The position numbers were made by a program, and so were the translations under genes. Positions 1-21,398 of a DNA stretch of 64,000 nucleotides are shown one piece after another. Source of the DNA: an uncultured delta proteobacterium. Its GTDB lineage: Bacteria > Myxococcota > Myxococcia > Myxococcales > Myxococcaceae. The notes under the pieces are model-generated. The model was not told where the DNA came from, searched no databases, and saw only the letters and a program-made list of their open reading frames with translations. The stretch spans positions 122,752-186,751 of the forward strand of contig CAVYSY010000025.1 in NCBI GenBank assembly GCA_963771175.1, written 5' to 3'. Position 1 is the stretch's first letter. The number at the start of each line of letters is the position of its first letter.

Positions 1-3000
1 CGGCCGTCGCGTCCGGGCTCCAGCCGCACCAGTGGCGACCAGGGACCGGCCTCCTGGCGCAGCAGGCGCGCCTGGAGCTCCACCGTCGGAGCCTGGAAGA
101 GGGCCGCCAGTGGAAGGCCGCGCCCGGTGAGCTCGCGAATGGAGCGTCATCAGCCGCACCGCCAACAGCGAGTGGCCCCCCAGCTCGAAGAAGTTGGAGT
201 GGACGCCCACCGACTCGACGCCCAGCAACCGCTCCCAGAGACGGGCCAGTTGCAGCTCCAGCGCGTCCCTCGGAGCGACGAAGGGCTCGGCCGACCGGGT
301 CGACAGTCCCTCCGGCGAGGGCAGGGCCTTCTGGTCCACCTTGCCGCTGGACGTGAGGGGCAGCGCCTCCAGCACCACGATGGCCGAGGGCACCATGTAC
401 TCCGGCAGCCGCTGCCTCAGGTGCGCGCGCAGGCGGGCCACCTCCACCGCCTGCCCCTCCCGCGCCACCACGTACGACACCAGCCGCTTGTCCCCGGCCT
501 CCTGCCGCACCACCACCACGCACCCACCCACCGCCGGGTGCTCGCGCAGCACCGACTCCACCTCTCCCAGCTCGATTCGGAAGCCGCGCAGCTTCACCTG
601 GAAGTCCACCCGCCCCAGGTACTCGAGCTGCCCGTCCGCGCGCCAACGCACCCGGTCCCCCGTACGGTACAGCCGCGCTCCGGGCGTGACGCTGAAGGGG
701 TGCGGCACGAAGCGCTCCGCCGTCAGCTCCGGCCTCTCCAGGTAGCCGCGCGCCAGGCCCACCCCGCCCACGTACAGCTCTCCCGGCACTCCCGCCGGCA
801 CCGGCTGCATCGCCCCGTCCAACACGTACACGTCCACGTTGGGCAGGGACCGGCCGATCGTCAGGTGCTCCGGATCCACCTGACCACTCACCGTGGCGCA
901 GACGGTGACCTCCGTGGGGCCGTACGCATCCAGCAACGTCCGGTCCTGGCTCCAGCGCCGCGCCACCTCGGGCGGGCACGCCTCTCCCGCGGTGACGAGG
1001 GTGCGCAGCTCCGGCAACCCCGCCGCCTCCATCACGCTCAGCACCGAGGGCGTGAGCGTGACGGACGTGACGCGCTCCTGCTTCAGCAGCGAGTGCAGGG
1101 GCTCACCCGGGAGCATCCGCTCCCGCGGCGCGAGCACCAGGCACGCGCCCGCCAGCAGCGTGGTGAACACCTCGCTCACCGAGGCATCGAAGGCAGGAGA
1201 CGCGAACTGGAGGACGCGGTCCTCCTCCCCCACACCGAACCGCAGCGCGGAGGCCAGTGCGGTGTTGCACAAGCCCCGGTGCACCAGCAGCGTCCCCTTG
1301 GGCCGCCCCGTGCTCCCCGACGTATAGATGATGTACGCGAGGTTCTCCGGCGCGACCTCCACGGCCGGAGCCAGCGTGGGCTGCGCGGACAGCTCGGCTT
1401 CCAGCTTCTCCAGGTGCAGCACCGTGGCGGGCCGCTCCGGGAGGGCTTCCGCCAGGTGCTCGCGGCTCAGGAGCACCGAGGCTCCAGAGTCCTGGAGCAT
1501 GTCGCCCAGGCGCTCGGGCGGATGCGCGGCATCGAGGGACAGGAAGGCCCCACCCGCCTTGAGGATGCCCAGCAGCGACACCACCGACTCGACCGAGCGC
1601 TCCAGCAGCACGCCCACGCGGGACTCGGGGCCCACCCCGTGCCGACGCAGCAGGTGCGCCAGCCGGTTGGCCCGCTCATCGAGCTCCCGATAGCTCAGCT
1701 CCACGCCCTCGAAGCGCAGCGCGGGCGCGTGTGGCGTGCGCTCCACCTGCGCCTCGAACAGGCGGTGGGCGCGGAGGTCCTCCGGCCTCAGTTCCTCGTG
1801 CGACCGGCCCCACTCCACCAGCACCCGCTGGCGCTCGGCCCCGGTCATCAGTGGCAGCAGTGCCACGGGTTGCTCCGGCCGCTCCACCGCCCCCTCCAGC
1901 AGCACCTTCAGGTGCCCCACCATCCTCTCCACCGTCTCGGGCTCGAAGAGGTCCGTGTTGTACTCGAAGCCTCCTTCCAGACCCCCCGCGTCCTCCGTCA
2001 GGAACAGGCTCAGGTCGAACTTCGCCGTCCCGCTGTCCACCTCCAGCGGCTCCAACGTCAGCCCCGGCTGCTTCAGCGCCTCCATCGGCGCGTTCTGCAC
2101 CGCCAGCATCACCTGGAACAGCGGCGTGTGGCTCAGGCTGCGCGTCGGCTGGAGCTGCTCCACCAGCTTCTCGAAGGGCACTTCCTGGTGCTCGTACGCC
2201 TCCAGCGTCGTGTCCCTCACCTGCCTCAACAGCTCTCGGAACGACCGCCGGCGCTCCACCTTCGTGCGTACCACCAGCGTGTTGACGAAGAAGCCGATGA
2301 GTCCCTCCAGCTCGGTCCTCGTGCGCCCCGCCACCGGCGTGCCCACGCTCACCTCCTCCTGCCCCGCCCACCTCGCCAGCACCACCTGCCACCCCGCCAT
2401 CCACACCATGAACGGCGTTGCCTTCTCCTCCTGGCCCAGCTTCTTCGCCCTCTCCACCAACTCCCCAGGCAGCCGGAAGCGCTTCACCGCGCCCCGGTAC
2501 GTCTGCATCGCCGGCCTCGGCTTGTCCGTCGGCAGCTCCAGCAGCTCCGGCGCTCCCTTCAGCTTCCCGCGCCAGTACTCCACCTGCCTGTCCAGCGCCT
2601 CTCCCTGCAGGCGCCCTCGCTGCCACACCGCGTAGTCCACGTACTGCACCGGCAGCGGCTCCACTCTCGGCGTCCTGCCCGCCTTCTCCGCCGCGTACAG
2701 CTCTCCCAGCTCCTTCACCAACACGCCCATCGACCAGCCGTCCGAGACGATGTGGTGCATCGTCAGCAACAGCACCTGCTGGCCTCGTCCCACCTTCACC
2801 AGCGTCACCCGCAGCAGCGGCCCCTTCTCCAGATTGAACGGCCTCTGCGCCTCCTCTCTCACCAGCCGCCGCGCCTCCTCCTCCCGCTGGTCCTCCTCCA
2901 CCTCCCGCAGGTCCATCACCGACAGCGGAAGACTCGCCTCCGGCCAGAGGACCTGCACCGGCTGGCCCGCCTCCATCCGGAACGTCGTCCTCAGCACCTC

Positions 3001-6000
3001 GTGCCTCCGCACCAGTGCCTCCAGACTCCGCTCCAGCGCCTCCTCCTCCAGCTCCCCCTCCACCCTCAGCGCCGCCGGCATGTTGTAGAGCGGGCTTCCC
3101 GGCTCCAGCTGGTCCAGGAACCACAGCCTCTGCTGCGCGAACGACAGCGGCAGCTCTCCCTCTCGCGACACCACCGGCAGCTTCTCCTGCTCCCTGCCCG
3201 TCGCCGCCTCCACCTTCTTCGCCAGCCCCTCCACCGTGGGCGCCTCGAACAGCGTGCGCAGCGCCACCTCCACTCCCAGCTCCGCACGGATTCTCGACAC
3301 CACCTGCGTCGCCAGCAGCGAGTGCCCTCCCATCCGGAAGAAGTCCTCTTCCGCTCCCACCTCCGCCACCTTCAGCACCTGGGCGAAGATGGCCGCCAAG
3401 GCCTGCTCCACGGACGTCCGCGGCGGGCGCGAGGACTGACGCTCCACCCCGCTCCCCTCCGGCGCGGGCAGCGCCTTCCGATCCACCTTGCCGTTGGACG
3501 TGAGCGGCAGCGCCTCCAGCACCACGATGGCCGAGGGCACCATGTACTCCGGCAGCCGCTGCTTCAGGTGCGCCCTCAGTCCGCCCACCTCCAGCGTCCG
3601 ACCCTCTCGCGCCACCGCGTACGCCACCAGCCGCTTGTCTCCCGCCTCCTCCCTCACCACCACCACGCACGCCCCCACCTCCGGGTGGCCGCGCAGCGCC
3701 GACTCCACCTCTCCCAGCTCGATGCGGAAGCCGCGCACCTTCACCTGGAAGTCCACCCGGCCCAGGTACTCCAGGACGCCGTCCGTCCGCTGCCGCACCC
3801 GATCTCCCGTGCGGTACATGCGCGCCCCCGCGGGGCCGAAGGGATCGGGCAGGAAGCGCTCCGCCGTCAGCTCCGGCCGCAGGAGGTACCCGCGCGCCAG
3901 ACCGTCTCCGGCCAGGTACAGCTCGCCCACCACGCCCACCGGCACCGGCTGCAGCCACGCGTCCAGCACATAGGCCCGCGTGTTGCTGAGCGGACGACCG
4001 ATGGTCGGCACCTCGCGCCGCCCCACCAACGACCACGTGGAGTACGTCGTGTCCTCCGAGGGCCCATACAGGTTGTAGAGCCGCTCCACCGAGGGCAGCG
4101 CGTACACCTGTCGGGACAGCTCGGCCGGCAGCGCCTCACCCGCCAGATTCACCGTGCGCACCGAGGCCGGCACCGCCCCCAGCTTCAGGAGTTGCGCCAT
4201 CGCCGACGGCACCGTGTTCACCAGCGTCACCTCGCTGGCCGGCGGCTGCTCGGCGAGCTGCAGCGCGTTGCGCACCACCACCACCCGGCCCCCGGTGGCC
4301 AGCGGCGCGAACACCTCGAACACCGACAGGTCGAAGTTGAGCGAGGTGCAGGCCAGCACGGACCTCAGCTCCTCGGCCGAGAAGGTGTCCCGCGCCCACT
4401 GCAGGAAGGCCACGGCGCTGCGGTGCGTGATGGCCACGCCCTTGGGCCGCCCCGTGCTCCCCGAGGTGTAGATGAGATAGGCGAGGTTCTCCGGGTGCTG
4501 CTCCACCGAGAGCGGCTCGGTCGACTCGCGGGCCAGCGCCTCGGCGTCCGTGTCCAGACACACCGGTCGCGCCGAGTGCTCGGGCAGCACGCCCAGCAGC
4601 GTCGAGTGCGCCACCAGTGCCGGCCCCTGCGCGTCCTCCAGCAGGAAGGCGAGGCGCTCGCGCGGGTAGGTCGGGTCCAGCGGCACGTAGGCTCCGCCCG
4701 CCTTGAGGATGCCCAGCATCCCCACCACCATGTCCACCGAGCGCTCGACGCACAGGCCCACGCGCACCTCCGGCCCCACCCCGAGCGCCTTCAGCCGCCG
4801 CGCGAGCTGGTTGGCACGCGCCTCCAGCTCCCGATAGCTCAGCCGCTGACCCTCGCCGCCCTCCACCGCGATGGCCTCCGGCGTGCGCTTCGCCTGAGCC
4901 TCGAACAGGTGGTGCATGCACGCCCGCCGCGGGAAGTCGGCCGTGTTCCGGTTCCACTCCACCAGCACCTGCTGGCGCTCGACCCCGGTCATCAGCGGCA
5001 GCAGCGCCACGGGTTGCTCCGGCCGCTCCACCGCCCCCTCCAGCAGCACCTTCAGGTGCCCCACCATCCTCTCCACCGTCTCGGGCTCGAAGAGGTCCGT
5101 GTTGTACTCGAAGGCCCCTTCCAGGCCCCTCGCGTCCTCCGTCAGGAACAGGCTCAGGTCGAACTTCGCCGTCCCGCTGTCCACCTCCAGCGGCTCCAGC
5201 GTCAGCCCCGGCTGCTTCAGCGCCTCCATCGGCGCGTTCTGCACCGCCAGCATCACCTGGAACAGCGGCGTGTGGCTCAGGCTGCGCGTCGGCTGGAGCT
5301 GCTCCACCAGCTTCTCGAAGGGCACTTCCTGGTGCTCGTACGCCTCCAGCGTCGTGTCCCTCACCTGCCTCAACAGCTCTCGGAACGACTGCCGGCGCTC
5401 CACCTTCGTGCGTACCACCAGCGTGTTGACGAAGAGACCGATGAGGCCCTCCAGCTCGGTCCTCGTGCGCCCCGCCACCGGCGTGCCCACGCTCACCTCC
5501 TCCTGCCCCGCCCACCTCGCCAGCACCACCTGCCACCCCGCCATCCACACCATGAACGGCGTTGCCTTCTCCTCCTGGCCCAGCTTCTTCGCCCTCTCCA
5601 CCAACTCCCCGGGCAGCCGGAAGCGCTTCACCGCGCCCCGGTACGTCTGCATCGCCGGTCTCGGCTTGTCCGTCGGCAGCTCCAGCAGCTCCGGCGCTCC
5701 CTTCAGCTTCCCGCGCCAGTACTCCACCTGCCTGTCCAGCGCCTCTCCCTGCAGGCGCCCTCGCTGCCACACCGCGTAGTCCACGTACTGCACCGGCAGC
5801 GGCGCAATCCTCGTCTCCCGGCCCGCCTTCACCGCCGCGTACAGCTCTCCCAGCTCCTTCACCAACACGCCCATCGACCAGCCGTCCGAGACGATGTGGT
5901 GCATCGTCAGCAACAGCACCTGCTGGCCCCGTCCCACCTTCACCAGCGTCACCCTCAGCAGCGGCCCCTTCTCCAGATCGAACGGCCTCCGCGCCTCCTC

Positions 6001-9000
6001 GCTCGCCAGCCGCTTCGCGTCCTCCTCGCCCAGTTCCACCACCGTCAGCGGCAGCTTCAGCTCCGGCCAGAGGACCTGCACCGGCTGGCCCGCCTCCATC
6101 CGGAACGTCGTCCTCAGCACCTCGTGCCTCCGCACCAGTGCCTCCAGACTCCGCTCCAGCGCCTCCTCCTCCAGCTCCCCCTCCACCCTCAGCGCCGCCG
6201 GCATGTTGTAGAGCGGGCTTCCCGGCTCCAGCTGGTCCAGGAACCACAGCCTCTGCTGCGCGAACGACAGCGGCAGCTCGCCCTCTCGCGACACCACCGG
6301 CAGCGTCTCCCGCGCCCTGCCCGTCGCCCCCTCCACCCTCTTCGCCAGCGCCTCCACCGTCGGCGCCTCGAACAACGTCCGCAGCGCCACCTCCACTCCC
6401 AGCTCCGCACGGATTCTCGACACCACCTGCGTCGCCAGCAGCGAGTGCCCTCCCAGCCCGAAGAAGTCCTCTTCCGCTCCCACCTCCGCCACCTTCAACA
6501 GCTCCGCCCAGATGGAGGCCAGCTTCACCTCCAGGTCCGTCTGGGGCGGGCGCGACGCACTCCGATCCAGCGCGCTGCCTTCCGGGGCGGGCAGCGCCTT
6601 CCGATCCACCTTGCCGCTGGACATGAGCGGCAGTGCCTCCAGCACCACGATGGCCGAGGGCACCATGTACTCCGGCAGCCGCTGCTTCAGGTGCGCCCTC
6701 AGGCCGCCCACCTCCAGCGTCCGACCCTCTCGCGCCACCACGTACGCCACCAGTCGCTTGTCTCCCCCCTCCTCCCTCACCACCACCACGCCCCCACCCA
6801 CGTCCGAGTGCTCTCCCAGCGCCGACTCCACCTCTCCCAGCTCGATGCGCACTCCGCGCACCTTCACCTGGAAGTCCATTCGCCCCTGGAACTCGAGCTG
6901 CCCGTCCGCGCGCCAACGCACCCGATCTCCCGTGCGGTACAGCCGCTCGCCCGGCTTCGCGCTGAAGGGGTGCGGCACGAAGCGCTCCGCCGTCAGCTCC
7001 GGCCTCCCCAGGTACCCACGCGCCAGGCCCACGCCGCCCACGTACAGCTCTCCCGGCACTCCCGCCGGCACCGGCTGCATCGCCCCATCCAGCACGTACA
7101 CGTCCACGTTGGGCAGGGATCGGCCGATCGTCAGGTGCTCCGGATCCACCTGGCCACTCAGCGTGGCGCAGATGGTGACCTCCGTGGGGCCGTACGCATC
7201 CAGCAGCGTCCGGTCCTGGCTCCAGCGCCGCGCCACCTCGGGCGGGCAGGCCTCTCCCGCGGTGACGAGGGTGCGCAGCTCCGACAACCCCGCCGCCTCC
7301 ATCACGCTCAGCACCGAGGGCGTGAGCGTAACGGTGGTGATGCGCTCCTCGCGCAACAGCGCGTGCAGTATCTCCCCGGGCAGCATCCGCTCCCGCGGCG
7401 CGAGCACCAGGCAGGCTCCGGACACCAGCGAGGAGAAGACCTCCCACACCGAGGCATCGAAGGCAGGAGACGCGAACTGGAGGACGCGGTCCTCCTCCCC
7501 CCCACCGAACCGCAGCGCGGCGGCCAGTGCGGAGTTGCACAGGCCCCGGTGCAGCAGCAACGTCCCCTTGGGCCGCCCCGTGCTCCCCGACGTATAGATG
7601 ATGTACGCGAGGTTCTCCGGCGCGACCTCCACGGCCGGAGCCTGAGCGGGCTGGGCGGCCAGCTCGACCTCCAGCGTCTCCAGGTGCAGCACCGTGGCAG
7701 GCCGCTCGGTGAGCCCGTCCGCGAGGAGCCCGCGCGTGAGGAGCACCGTCGCCCCGGAGTCCTGGAGCATGTAGCCCAGGCGCTCGGGCGGGTGTGCCAC
7801 GTCCAGCGAGAGGAACGCACCGCCCGCCTTGAGGATGGCCAGCAGCGACACCACCGACTCGACCGAGCGCTCCAGCAGCACGCCCACGCGGGACTCGGGG
7901 CCCACCCCGTGCCGGCGCAGCAAGTGCGCCAGCCGGTTGGCCCGCTCATCGAGCTCCCGATAGCTCAGCTCCACGCCCTCGAAGCGCAGCGCGGGCGCGT
8001 GTGGCGTGCGCTCCACCTGGGCCTCGAAGAGGCGGTGGGCGCGGAGGTCCTCCGGCCTCAGCTCCTCGTGCGAGCGGCCCCACTCCACCAGCACCCGCTG
8101 GCGCTCGGCCTCGGCCATCAGCGGCAGCTTCTCCACCGCCTCCTCCGGCCTCCGCACCGCCGACTCCAGCAGCACCTCCAGGTGCCGCACCATGCGCTCG
8201 GCGGTGGCGGGCTCGAACAGGTCCGTGTTGTACGAGAGGAATCCCTCGATGCCTCCCTCCGTCTCGGTGAGGGCGAGGCTCAGGTCGAACATGGCGGTGC
8301 CGTTGTCCGGCTCCTCGGCCCGCAGCGTCAGGCCGGGCAGGGCCAGGGTCCCGCGGGGGGTGTTCTGCAGGACGAACATCACCTGGAAGAGAGGACTGCG
8401 GCTCGGGTCGCGAGCGGGCAGCAGTTCCTCCACCAGCTTCTCGAAGGGCACGTCCTGGTGGGCATAGGCGCCCAGCGTCACATCCTTCACCCGGCGCAAC
8501 AGCTCGCGGAACGAGCGCCCCGGCTCCACCTTCGCGCGCAGCGCCAGCGTGTTGAGGAACAAGCCAACGAGGCCCTCCAGCTCGGCCCTGTTGCGCCCGG
8601 CGATCGGGCTGCCGATGCAGACGTCCTGCTGGCCCGAGTAGCGCGACAGCAGGGTCATCAGTCCGGCCAGGAGCACCATGAACAGCGAGGCCCCCTCCTG
8701 CTGGCCGAGGACGCGCAGAGCCTCAACGAGCGGACGCGCCAACACCATCGGCTGCCGGCGACCGGTGAAGGTCTGCAGTGCGGGCCGAGGCCTGTCCGTG
8801 GGCAGCTCCAGCACCGAGGGTCCGCCCTCGAACTGGCGCCGCCAGTAGTCGAGCTGTTTCTCGAGCAACCCACCGGCCAGCCGCTCCCGCTGCCAGGCGG
8901 AATAGTCCGCGTACTGCACCGGCAGGGGTGGCAGCGGCGAGGGCTGGCCCTTGAGGAAGGCCGGGTAGAGCGCGGCCACCTCGCGCACGAGCACGCCCAG

Positions 9001-12000
9001 GGACCAACCATCGGAGATGGCGTGGTGCAGCACCACCACCAGCAGATGGCTGCGCGCCCCGAGCCGCACCAGCGTGGTGCGCATCAGCGGACCCCGCGCC
9101 AGCTCGAAGGACCGCTGCGCCTCGTCCGTCACCCGGCGCCGGGACTGCTCGCCACGCTCGGGCTCCGGCAGGGCCGACAGGTCCACCCGCTCCAGGGTCG
9201 TCACCGGCTCGGGAGAGATGACCTGGAGGAGGCCGGCCTCGTCCTGCAGGAGGGTGGTGCGCAGCGCCTCGTGACGGCGCGCCACCTCACGCAAGGCGCG
9301 CTCCAGGACGACCACATCGAGCTCGCCCTCCAGCCGCACCACCGAGGTGATGTTGTAGAGCGGGCTGCCCGGCTCGAGCTGGTCCACGAACCACATGCGC
9401 TGCTGGGAGAAGGACATCAGCGCGGGCTTCGAGGTGTCCCGACGCGTCACGAGCGCATCCCGCGCGGCTGGCTCTGGGTCCTTCACCCGGCGGCCGGCGA
9501 TGGCCAGCGCGAGCGTGGCCACCGTGGGGGACTCGAAGAGGGCACGCATGGACAGCTCGACCTGGAAGGCCGCGCGCACGCGCGACAGCACCTGCACGCC
9601 CATGAGCGAGTGGCCGCCCAGCTCGAAGAAATTGTCGTGGACCCCCACCTGCTCGATGCCGAGCAGTTCCTGCCAGATGGCGGCCACCTGCTGCTCGGAC
9701 TCATCACGGGGAGCCACGTAGCCGCTGCGCAGCTCGGGCCGGCGGGCCCGGGAGGAGGAACCGGCCGGCGGCGATGCCTGGGCCTCGGTCTGGGTGCTGG
9801 GGCTCAACCACTTCGAGCCGGAGGTCTCCAGCCAGTAGCGCTGGCGCTGGAAGGGGTAGCCCGGCAGGGGAAGACGACGGCGCCGCTCGGGCGCGTGCAG
9901 CTTCTGCCAGTCGAGCGAGACGCCGGCCATCCACAGCCGTCCCACCGTCTCCAACAACAGGGGCATGTCCTGATACGGATCCCTCGGACCGCGCAAGGAG
10001 GTGAGCACCAGATGACCGGTGGCGCGGGCCAAGCCCTGGCGCACCAGCGTGCCCAGCGTGCGCCCGGGGCCCACTTCGAGCAGCACCGCGTCCGGGTACT
10101 CGGCGAGCAACGTCTGCACGCCCTCGGAGAAGCGCACCGGGCGCCGCAGGTGCTCCACCCAGGAGCGCGGGTCCGTCACCGTCTCGGGCTGAGCCCAGGT
10201 GCCGGTGGTGTTGGTGATGAAGGGGATGCGCGGGGGCGACAGGCGCGCGGTGCGCACCTCGGCCGCGTAGGACGCCAGCACCGGCTCCATCATCGCGGTG
10301 TGCGAGGCGCGAGCGATGTGCAGCCGGCGGTGCTCCACGCCGCGCTGCTTCAACGTCTCCTCCAGGGACGCGACGGCCGCCGTGGGCCCGCCCACCACGA
10401 AGAGCGAGGGCGTGTTGCTGGCGGCGATGGACAGCTCCGGCCCCAGCAGCGGCACCAGCTCGGCCTCGGACATGGCCACCGAGAGCATCACGCCCTCGGG
10501 CACGGACTGCATCAGCCGGCCGCGCGCCACCACCAGCCGCAGCGCGTCCTCCAGCGAGAGGACGCCGGACAGGCACGCCGCCGTGTACTCGCCCAGGCTG
10601 TGGCCGATCATCGCCTGCGGCTTCACGCCCAGGGCCATCCACAGCTTCGCCAGGGCATACTCCAGGGTGAACATGGCGGGCTGGGCCACGTGCATCTGGT
10701 GCAGCCGCTCCTCGGCCTCCTTCTCGCGGCCGGGGGCGGGATGGAGCACCCCGCGCAGATCGAATCCGAGCAGCGGCACGAGGCGCTCGCAGCACGCGTC
10801 GACGTGCTGACGGAAGCGGGGCTCGGCCTCGTAGAGCTCGCGGCCCATGCCCACGTACTGCGGGCCCTGACCGGGGAAGAGGAAGATGACGGGGCGGGAG
10901 GTGGCCTCCTGCTCCTGGGAGAGCAGCCGCACCTCGTCCCGGGTGGCGAGCGCGGTGCGGGCCTGCTCCACGCTCCGGCACACCAGCATGCGGCGGTGCT
11001 CGAAGCGCTTGCGGCCCACCTGGAGGGTGTAGGCCACGTCCGCCAGGGGCACCTCGGGGTTGCGCTCCAGGTAGTCGGCGAGCCGGGTGGTGGCCTCGTC
11101 GAGCGCCTGGGCGTTGCGAGCCGAGAGCACCAGGAGCTGCCAGGGCCGAGCGCTGACCTCGGCGGCGGGCTGCTCGGGGGCCTCCTCGAGGATGACGTGG
11201 GCGTTGGTGCCGCCGAGGCCGAAGGCGCTCACCGCGGCCCGGCGCGGGGCCTCACCCCGAGGCCAGTCCCGCAGCGCGGCGTTGACGAAGAAGGGCCCCT
11301 GGCTGAAGTCGATCTGAGGGTTGGGCCGGGTGAAGTGCAGGCTGGGAGGAAACTGCCGGTGCTCCAGCGCGAGCACGGCCTTGAGCAGGCCGGACACGCC
11401 GGCGGCCGCGTCCAGGTGGCCCATGTTCGTCTTCAGCGAGCCGATGGCGCAGGTGCCCGGACCCGCCCCCTCCTTGAAGGCCTGGGAGAGGGCGGCGAGC
11501 TCGATGGGGTCCCCCAGGGCGGTGCCGGTGCCGTGGGCCTCGACGTAGTGGATGGAGTCCGGCTCGACGCCGGCGATCTCCAGGGCCTCGGAGATGACGG
11601 CGGCCTGACCCTCCACGCTGGGCGCGGTGTAGCCCACCTTGGAGGAACCATCATTGTTGACCGCCGAGCCCCGGATGACGGCGTGGATGGTGTCGCCGTC
11701 CGCGACGGCATCGGCGAGGCGCTTGAGCACCACCACGGCGACGCCCGAGCCCTGCACGGTGCCCTGGCTGTGCTCGTCGAAGGCGCGGCAGTGACCGTCC
11801 GGCGAGAGGATCATCCCCTCCTGGAAGAGGTAGCCGGAGCGCTGGGGGAAGGAGATGCACACGCCGCCGGCGAGGGCCATGTCGCACTCGCCATCGAGCA
11901 GGCTCTGGCAGGCGAGGTGGACGGCGACGAGCGAGCGTGGAGCAGGCCGTCTGCACGGTCATGCTGGGGCCGCGCAGGTCCAGCTGGTGCGAGACGCGGG

Positions 12001-12482
12001 TGGAGAGGTAGTCCTTGTCGTTGCCGATGAGCAGCGGATAGAGGCCGACCTTCTGGAGCAGGTCCGGCTGGCCGACCAGGCGGGTGAGCAGGTAGGAGCT
12101 GGCCGAGGTGCTGGCGAAGACGGAGATGGCGCGGCGGCGCTGCTCGGCGGCGTGGCCGGAGTTCTCCAGGGCATGCCACGCGCACTCGAGGAAGAGGCGT
12201 TGCTGGGGATCGAGCAGCTCGGCCTCTCGGGGGCTGTAGCCGAAGAAGCCAGCGTCGAAGAGCTCCGCGCCGTCGAGCACGAAGCCAGCGCGGACGTAAT
12301 CCGAGCGCTGGTACAGCTCGCGCGGCACGCCGGAGGACTCCAGCTCCGCGTCGGTGAAGACGGAGCGGGCCTCGACGCCGTCGCGCAGGTTGCGCCAGAA
12401 AGCCTCGATGCCCTCGGCGCCAGGGAAGCGACCGGACATGCCGATGATGGCGATGCCGTCGAGGGACTCTGTCTCGGGAGCG

Positions 12483-12490
<8 letters not shown>
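1..12490 (-). CDS. Hybrid PKS-NRPS: KS-AT-ACP-C-A(Phe)-T-C-A(Ala)-T-C-A(Tyr)-T-TE(start); runs off the left edge; apparent 1-nt indels near 11935 and 145
   Basis: Manual minus-strand translation. [21 protein letters not shown](T)[32 protein letters not shown]...[20 protein letters not shown] motifs. Three C domains with HHxxSDGWS. Three A domains with [14 protein letters not shown][TS]E/NGKVDR. After the last T comes [13 protein letters not shown], typical of a TE N-terminus. ATG at 12490 overlaps the upstream stop. Confidence 0.93.
330..8110. repeat. Mosaic module triplication with a period of about 3.1 kb (about 1810-3700 matches 4955-6830; about 330-1850 matches 6600-8110)
   Basis: The anchor ccactccaccagcacc recurs near 1810, 4955 and 8080, and long near-identical blocks are visible by eye. 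Confidence 0.9.
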
Positions 12491-21046
<8,556 letters not shown>

Positions 21047-21347
21047 GGCGATGCGCCCTGACTCTTGCGGCCCGAGGTATGTAGAGGGCGAGCGCGTCCC
21101 CATGCGCGAACACCCTGACTCTCCCGCAAGTCCAGCAAGTCGGGCCTGAACGGACAAACAGGAAGAGACGGAGTGGACCTTATGCAACGCGGAAACAGCT
21201 GCACGCAAGAGGGGGGCTATACGCCCAGAGCGGCTCCTGAGTCAGGACGAGGAGACGACCCACACGCCGGGTCCAGGAGTCTCACCCCGGAGCCCCCCGT
21301 CCACCGCCGGAGAGTCCTCCGCCCCGGCCCCTCCAGCGAGCGTCCGC

Positions 21348-21363
21348 TGGCATGGGCCGTGCT
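21348..21363 (+). promoter_or_regulatory. Candidate sigma54 -24/-12 promoter
   Basis: TGGCATGGGCCGTGCT has GG-N10-GC spacing and lies 35 nt upstream of ATG 21399. Confidence 0.55.
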
Positions 21364-21398
21364 CCCCCTCGGGTACTACCTGGCTTCCGAGGGGAACC

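Noticed and set aside
127..12030. 3967-aa plus-strand ORF (also 12354-17258, 32255-35560 and 47432-51016)
   Set aside because: Antisense shadows of real genes caused by high-GC codon bias; Arg/His/Gln-rich with no domains.
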